Shown: positions 58,535 through 64,000 of the stretch, piece after piece | Layout of the letters: each line of letters begins with the position of its first letter | How positions within the stretch are numbered: position 1 is the stretch's first letter | Assembly (NCBI GenBank): GCA_050015075.1 | Contig: JBEKCB010000029.1 | Location: forward strand, 1 to 64,000 | Direction: 5' to 3' | DNA length: 64,000 nt | Source: Candidatus Brocadiia bacterium | GTDB lineage: Bacteria > Planctomycetota > Brocadiia > CAIUPP01 | Notes under the pieces: model-generated | Databases searched by the model: none | What the model was told of the DNA's origin: nothing | Seen by the model: only the letters and a program-made list of their open reading frames with translations | Translations under genes and position numbers: made by a program

Positions 58535-59845
58535 ATGAAGACCGGCCCTCGCATCCACCTCGTCACACTTGGCTGCGCGAAGAACCTTGTGGACTCCGAG
58601 CGCATCCTGGGACGGCTGGCCGTCGCGGGCGCGGTCATCGCGACGACGCCGGACGAGGCGGACATCCTCATCGTCAACACCTGCGGCTTCATCGCCGCGG
58701 CGAAGGAGGAATCCATTCAGGCGGTGCTGCGCCTGTCGCAGTTCAAGCAGGCGGACCCGCGCCGGAAGCTGATCGTCATGGGCTGCCTGGCGCAGCGCTA
58801 CGCGCCGTCGCTGCGCCGGCAACTGCCCGAGGTGGACGGGATTTTCGGACTCGGCGAAGAGGATGCGATCCTCGCCGCCTGCGGTCTGCGACTACAAGAT
58901 CGCGAAGAGCCCGGCCGGCTCCTCCTGACGCCTGTTCACACGGCCTATCTGCGGATCGCCGATGGCTGCGATAACCGCTGCGCGTACTGTGCGATCCCGG
59001 CGATTCGCGGGCCGTTCCGAAGCCGGCCGGCCGAGGAGATTCTCAAGGAAGCCCGCGAGCTGGTCGCTTCCGGCGCGCGCGAGCTGAATGTGATCGGGCA
59101 GGACACGACGCTCTACGGCGCGGACCGGCCCGGCTCGCCGCGCATCCACGAGTTGCTGGCGCGCATCGCCCGGACGCCGCGGCTGCGCTGGCTGCGACTG
59201 CTCTACACGCACCCGGCGCACTTCACGCCGGAACTCATCGAGGCGTACCGCACGCTGCCGAAGCTGTGCCCGTACGTGGACCTGCCGCTGCAGCACCTGA
59301 ACGACGACATCCTGCGGCGCATGGGCCGGCGCGTATCGCAGGCGCAGGTGCTCGACCTGATCGGCCGCATCCGCGAGCGCGTGCCGGGTGTGGCCATCCG
59401 CACCTCGTTCATCGTCGGTTTCCCCGGTGAGACGCGGCGGCAATTCGATGAACTGCTCGGGAAGGCGCGCGAACTTCGTTTCGACCACCTCGGCGCGTTC
59501 GCGTATTCGCGCGAAGAGGGCACGCGCGCGGCCTCGATGCCCGGCCAGCTTTCCGACCGGACGAAGGCGCGCCGGCTGGGCGAACTCATGCGCGCGCAGC
59601 AGGAGATCGTGCTGGGCCGGAACCGCGCGATGAAGGGGACCGAGTTCGAGGTCGTCGTCGAGGAGCCGGCGCCCGGTCGGCGCGACCGATGGATCGCCCG
59701 CTCGCGCACGCAGGCGCCTGATGTGGATGGCGTGACGTTCGTCTCGGGGAAGAACCTGCACGCCGGCCGATTCGTCCGCGCGACGGTCACCGGCTCGAGC
59801 GGCTACGACCTTATTGCCAAGTGCAAAATGAAAAGTGCAAAATGA
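58535..59845 (+). CDS. rimO: Ribosomal protein S12 methylthiotransferase
   Basis: LGCAKNLVDSE, NTCGFI, GCLAQRY, GCDNRCAYCAIP, APDVDG (TRAM). Confidence 0.95.
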   Translation: MKTGPRIHLVTLGCAKNLVDSERILGRLAVAGAVIATTPDEADILIVNTCGFIAAAKEESIQAVLRLSQFKQADPRRKLIVMGCLAQRYAPSLRRQLPEVDGIFGLGEEDAILAACGLRLQDREEPGRLLLTPVHTAYLRIADGCDNRCAYCAIPAIRGPFRSRPAEEILKEARELVASGARELNVIGQDTTLYGADRPGSPRIHELLARIARTPRLRWLRLLYTHPAHFTPELIEAYRTLPKLCPYVDLPLQHLNDDILRRMGRRVSQAQVLDLIGRIRERVPGVAIRTSFIVGFPGETRRQFDELLGKARELRFDHLGAFAYSREEGTRAASMPGQLSDRTKARRLGELMRAQQEIVLGRNRAMKGTEFEVVVEEPAPGRRDRWIARSRTQAPDVDGVTFVSGKNLHAGRFVRATVTGSSGYDLIAKCKMKSAK

Positions 59846-59858
59846 AAAGTGAAGGGCT

Positions 59859-62237
59859 TCAGCTATTGATGCGCGCCGGGCGCTTTGCGTTTTTCACCGT
59901 AAGCGCGAGCGCGACCAGGTACGCCGCCGCCGAAACGATGGAGACCCAACGCCCGATCCGAAATCCCTCCGGCGCGTACTCCATCAGAATGGCGTGGTGT
60001 CCGGCCGAAAGCGGAATCGCGCGGAGCGTGTAGTCGGCCGGCATCACCCGGTACCGCGACTGGCTGCTTCCCGGCAGCCCGCGCGCGCGCCAGGCCTTGT
60101 CGTAGTTGTCGGTGACGAGCAGGATCGCGGGCTGGGACAGATCGGCCTCGATGACCAGGGAATCGGTGCCGGACTCCGTCACTTCGGCGTGCCCCGGCTC
60201 GGCGGAAGGCGCCGGCGCGGGGTCCGGCGGCGACTCGAGAATCACCTCCTGCGCCGGATCGAATGAACGTCTCGACATCGCATCGAATATTGCCTCGCGG
60301 CCGCTCACGACCTGGTATTGCCTGATGAGCGTCACCCGCGGCATCGAGTTGGGGAATTCGTCGGGCTTCGGCGCCGGGTCGTCGCTCCGCTCGATAACGT
60401 AGCGGCATCGCAGCATCTTGTAGGTCGGGACGTACGAGAAGGACTCCGGCAAATACGACGTGGCGCTGTCCGGCTTCCTTCCCTGCGATGCGTAGATGTA
60501 CTCCGCATACCTGCCGGGCAGCAGCGGACCGTATCCCCAGAATCCGTACGCGCGCAAGGACAGGGCGACATCCGGGTTGTCCAGGATCAGCATTCGATCG
60601 TCGCCGGGATGGGCCTCGAGGAACTGCTTCAGCCCCGGCGGCTGACACTCGGCCAGGTGGAACGTCGGCCGGATGGACAGGGCAAAGAGGAGCATCTCGC
60701 CGGCGGCTACGATCGCGAGGATGAAGGCGAGCGTTCGCGTGGAGCGCAAGTAGAGCAGCGCGGCCGCCGCAAACGCGCACGGGAGCGCCGCGAGCAGCAG
60801 CGAGCGCGCCGCCTGGCCCTGCGCCTCGCGGGCGAAGGCGGGGTTGTCGTACAGGCCGGCGGAGACGCGGGTCTCCGTGTTCTGGGCCGCCTCGACGTTG
60901 CGCATCATCTGCCACCAGCCGGGCGAGGGCCCGTTCGAATTCGCCGGCGCGCCGATCCATGCCGCCGCGATCAGCAGGGTCGCGCCGAGGAGGACCGGCG
61001 CCGCGGCCAGCCGCCGATCCACCTTCGCCGCGCGGATCAGGCGGTCCAGCCCGATTCCCGAAAGCAGCGCGATGAACGCCGAAACCTGCACGGCGAATTT
61101 CGACATCCCGCGGAACCGGTTGAACCCCGGCACGCAGTCGTAGAGCAACCGGAACAGCGGCGTGTGCGACCCCAGCGCGAGCAGCAGCAGGGCCAGCGCC
61201 ATTGTGATCGAGAACCGCCGCCGCGCCCGCTCGGCGCCCGCGCCGTAAATCGCCAGCAGCAGGCCGGTCACGCTCAGGAACAGGCACATCTCCCATAAGT
61301 AGCCCTGGCCCCAGTACTTGAGATGGGTCACGTCGCCGAAGAAGCCGGGCGCCAGGAGCGTCAGAAAATTCCTCGGCGGGAACGAGAACATCCGGGCGAA
61401 CACGTACTGCACGCCGCTCGATCCGCGCACACTGGACTCGGTCGCCTGCAGCCCGGTCCAGAGCTGCACCGCTGTGATCGCCGCCGCACCGGCGACCATG
61501 AGGGCGAGGCCGAGCGCAACGCGCGGCCGACGCTCGGCGCGGACCATGCACAGCGCGCAGTAGATCGCCGCGGCGACGGCGGTGTAGAAAACGTACTGCG
61601 GGTCGCCGCCGAGGATCATCATGCTGATGCCGAAGATCCCCAGCAGCGCCCATCGCGGGCTCAACTCCTCGAAGAGACCGTCTATGGCGAGGAACACGAT
61701 CGGGATCCACGCCGTGGCGATCAGCCGGCAGAGATGGCCCGCCGTGATGTGCAGGTAATGCTCGCCGCAGAACATCCAGAGCGCGCCGCAGAGAAGGCAC
61801 GCGAGGAAATGCAGCCGCCGCCGGCTGGCCCACAGATACATGAAGAACCCGGCAAGGAAGATGTGCAGCGCGATGCCGAAGTTGATCGCCTTCGCGAGCG
61901 GCAGGATGAGGTACGCGTAGTTCGGCGGGTACAGCAACCCCGATTGGAAGCCGCCGAAATACGGCGTGCCGCAGTAGAGATACGGGTTCCAGAGCGCGAA
62001 GTTGCCGCGCCGGAGTTCCGAGAAGCCGAAGTCGCGCCACGCGACATACTGATGCGCCAGGTCCGCGCCCGCCGTCGAGAGGACGACGTCGCCCGGCGTG
62101 AAGAGCACGTCCGAGAACACGATCAAGGTCAGCGCCGCGAAAAACCCGGCCGCCAGGAGCATGCGACCGGCGGGGCGGGCATCGCTCTGCGGAGGCGGTT
62201 CCGGTATGAGGTCCGTCCGCGCTGTCGCCGAACCCAT
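59859..62237 (-). CDS. YfhO-like polytopic membrane protein (GT-C-like)
   Basis: LWNPYLYCGTP, LYPPN, many transmembrane segments, C-terminal LLVTDNYDKAWRA...ADYTLRAI...GHH. Confidence 0.8.
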   Translation of the reverse strand: MGSATARTDLIPEPPPQSDARPAGRMLLAAGFFAALTLIVFSDVLFTPGDVVLSTAGADLAHQYVAWRDFGFSELRRGNFALWNPYLYCGTPYFGGFQSGLLYPPNYAYLILPLAKAINFGIALHIFLAGFFMYLWASRRRLHFLACLLCGALWMFCGEHYLHITAGHLCRLIATAWIPIVFLAIDGLFEELSPRWALLGIFGISMMILGGDPQYVFYTAVAAAIYCALCMVRAERRPRVALGLALMVAGAAAITAVQLWTGLQATESSVRGSSGVQYVFARMFSFPPRNFLTLLAPGFFGDVTHLKYWGQGYLWEMCLFLSVTGLLLAIYGAGAERARRRFSITMALALLLLALGSHTPLFRLLYDCVPGFNRFRGMSKFAVQVSAFIALLSGIGLDRLIRAAKVDRRLAAAPVLLGATLLIAAAWIGAPANSNGPSPGWWQMMRNVEAAQNTETRVSAGLYDNPAFAREAQGQAARSLLLAALPCAFAAAALLYLRSTRTLAFILAIVAAGEMLLFALSIRPTFHLAECQPPGLKQFLEAHPGDDRMLILDNPDVALSLRAYGFWGYGPLLPGRYAEYIYASQGRKPDSATSYLPESFSYVPTYKMLRCRYVIERSDDPAPKPDEFPNSMPRVTLIRQYQVVSGREAIFDAMSRRSFDPAQEVILESPPDPAPAPSAEPGHAEVTESGTDSLVIEADLSQPAILLVTDNYDKAWRARGLPGSSQSRYRVMPADYTLRAIPLSAGHHAILMEYAPEGFRIGRWVSIVSAAAYLVALALTVKNAKRPARINS

Positions 62238-62367
62238 AGGAATTCTCCGGACCTCCCGCGTTCCATTGCCGTGCCGACTATCTATCAGGCCCGGAAACTC
62301 CTGTCAACTTCGAGAGGACGCGCGTTTCGCTTCGCACGGCGGCCCGAAAATGATAGACTACCCCGCC

Positions 62368-63948
62368 ATGGAAACCGCGCGGGCGATCTTTTTCAATCTC
62401 CCGATGATCGCGACGGCCTTCGGCGCGGCCGTCATCGCCGCGATCGGGTTCGGGCTGCCCGCCGCGCGAGGGCTGAAACTGCTCATCGCGGCGCTGGCCG
62501 CGGCGCTGCTGCTCCACTTCGTCATCTTCCTGAACGCGACGCTGGCCTACGTCGTTTACCCGTACGAGGGCAAGAGCGTCGTGGAGGGCGTGACGCTGTA
62601 CAACAGCATGCGCTACCTCCACGGCGAGCAGCCGTATCGTTCGCCGGACGAGCTGCCGTTCCGTTCGCTCGTCTATCCGCCGGCGCACGAGATGATCCTC
62701 GCGGGTTTCCTCTGGATAACCGGCCCGTCGCTGTACGCGGCAAGGATCTTCAGCCTGATCTGCGTCCTCGGTGCGGCGCTCACGGTCGGCCTGACCGTGC
62801 GGCGGCACACGAAGAGGTGGCCGGCGGCGTTCTTCGGCGGGATGCTCGTGTTCTGTTTTTACGGGCTGACCGGGCAGTGGCTGGAGCAGGTCCGCAGCGA
62901 CGCGCTGATGCTGCTGCTCCTCGCGCTGGGGACGTCGCTGGCCGACCGCGCCGTCTCGCGGAACCGGTTTCCGCTCGGCGCGCTGGTCGTTCTGCTGCTG
63001 GCGGTCTTCACGAAGCAGGTGGCGATCTTCGCGCCGGCGGCGGTGGCGCTGTTCCTCTGGTTCCGGTCGCGGCGGACGGCGATCATCTGGGGCGCGGGCT
63101 TCGCAGCTTGCGCGCTGGCGGCGTTCGCGGCGATGCAGGCGTGGAGCGGCGGCTGGTTCTCGTTCTACACGATCAAGGTCCCGTTCTCCGCGGGGATGGA
63201 ATTCTCGAAAATTGAGCTGGCCGCGGCGTTCTTCGGGTCGGTATGGATCCTGCTCTGGGGCGCGCTGGCGGTTGCGGTTCCCGGCCAGGCGCGGAAGAGC
63301 GCCGGCCTCGGAGAAGCGTCTCCGGGAATCCGACTGTGGGCGTGGACGCTCGGCGGGGCGCTGGTGTTCTGTGTCGTGCAGAGCCTGAAGTGGGGCGCGG
63401 CATTGAACGCGTTCGTGCCGCTGGTCCCGGCGCTGGCGGTACTCGGAGGTGTCTCGCTGGACACGCTGGTGCGCCGGTTCAAGGAGCCGGGCTGGGGGCG
63501 GATCGCGGTCGTCGCGGCGGCGCTTGCGCAGGTCGCGATGCTCTCGTACCAGCCGACGCTGCCGTCGGACGGGGACCGCGCGGCGCAGAGAAGGATCGCA
63601 GAATGGGTCCGCGCCGCGCCCGGGGACGTCTTCGTCTCCGTTTTCTCTTCGCAGGTCTACTTGAACAAAAAGGAATATTTCGGCGACGATGTGACGATCG
63701 GCGACCTCGTCCGCGCGGGCGAATGGAGCCGGCCACAGTCGAACGGGTTGATCGGGAAGATCCGCAGCGGCGGGTTTTCAGTCCTGATTCTGCGGCCCCA
63801 ATTGGAACCGCCGGACTTCGCCGCCGCGGTCCGCGAAAGCTACGTCGTCGAGGAGAGAATTCCGGTGCCCGCCGGCGGTCTCTCTCACTGGCAGTATATG
63901 GAAGTCTACGTGCCCAAGGACGCGCCCTGGAAGCCCGCGGAACCGTAG
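62368..63948 (+). CDS. GT-C fold membrane glycosyltransferase-like protein
   Basis: EG, YPP, ARIFSL, RSD, FTKQ motifs; many transmembrane segments; start inferred. Confidence 0.7.
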   Translation: METARAIFFNLPMIATAFGAAVIAAIGFGLPAARGLKLLIAALAAALLLHFVIFLNATLAYVVYPYEGKSVVEGVTLYNSMRYLHGEQPYRSPDELPFRSLVYPPAHEMILAGFLWITGPSLYAARIFSLICVLGAALTVGLTVRRHTKRWPAAFFGGMLVFCFYGLTGQWLEQVRSDALMLLLLALGTSLADRAVSRNRFPLGALVVLLLAVFTKQVAIFAPAAVALFLWFRSRRTAIIWGAGFAACALAAFAAMQAWSGGWFSFYTIKVPFSAGMEFSKIELAAAFFGSVWILLWGALAVAVPGQARKSAGLGEASPGIRLWAWTLGGALVFCVVQSLKWGAALNAFVPLVPALAVLGGVSLDTLVRRFKEPGWGRIAVVAAALAQVAMLSYQPTLPSDGDRAAQRRIAEWVRAAPGDVFVSVFSSQVYLNKKEYFGDDVTIGDLVRAGEWSRPQSNGLIGKIRSGGFSVLILRPQLEPPDFAAAVRESYVVEERIPVPAGGLSHWQYMEVYVPKDAPWKPAEP

Positions 63949-64000
63949 CTGCCGAGCCGGCTCAAGGATGCGCGAAGAGCATCTTCTGAACTTCGATCCC

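Noticed and set aside
63968-64000. Possible start of another CDS (MREEHLLNFDP)
   Set aside because: Only 11 codons before the window edge; cannot be supported.

Overview
High-GC bacterial chromosome segment, most likely from a PVC-superphylum anaerobe such as a planctomycete (inferred from a PEP-CTERM protein, rubrerythrin, a 2-oxoacid:ferredoxin oxidoreductase operon and many secreted or GT-C-type membrane proteins). Housekeeping genes include gcvH-gcvPA-gcvPB, an unusual GlyA-GcvT fusion, rubrerythrin, comM, mgtA, degP, glgB, a vor-like operon, mutY and rimO. An accessory block follows comM (about 26.1-41.6 kb). It contains a 54-bp duplicate of the comM zinc-finger codons, a giant repeat/NHL surface protein, an M48-TPR protein, and a four-gene, partly translationally coupled operon: PEP-CTERM protein, Tes/MJ0619-like radical SAM enzyme, phosphodiesterase-TPR-sulfotransferase fusion, tandem GNAT. 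This operon is the best candidate for an undescribed system. A second candidate is a dispersed ~145-bp element (4 copies) made of helically phased 21-bp repeats between outward-facing TATAAT and TTGACA-like boxes, one copy lying upstream of an orphan terminase-small-subunit-like HTH gene. I found no tRNA, rRNA, CRISPR array, integrase or transposase. All calls come from reading motifs by eye; no database search was run.
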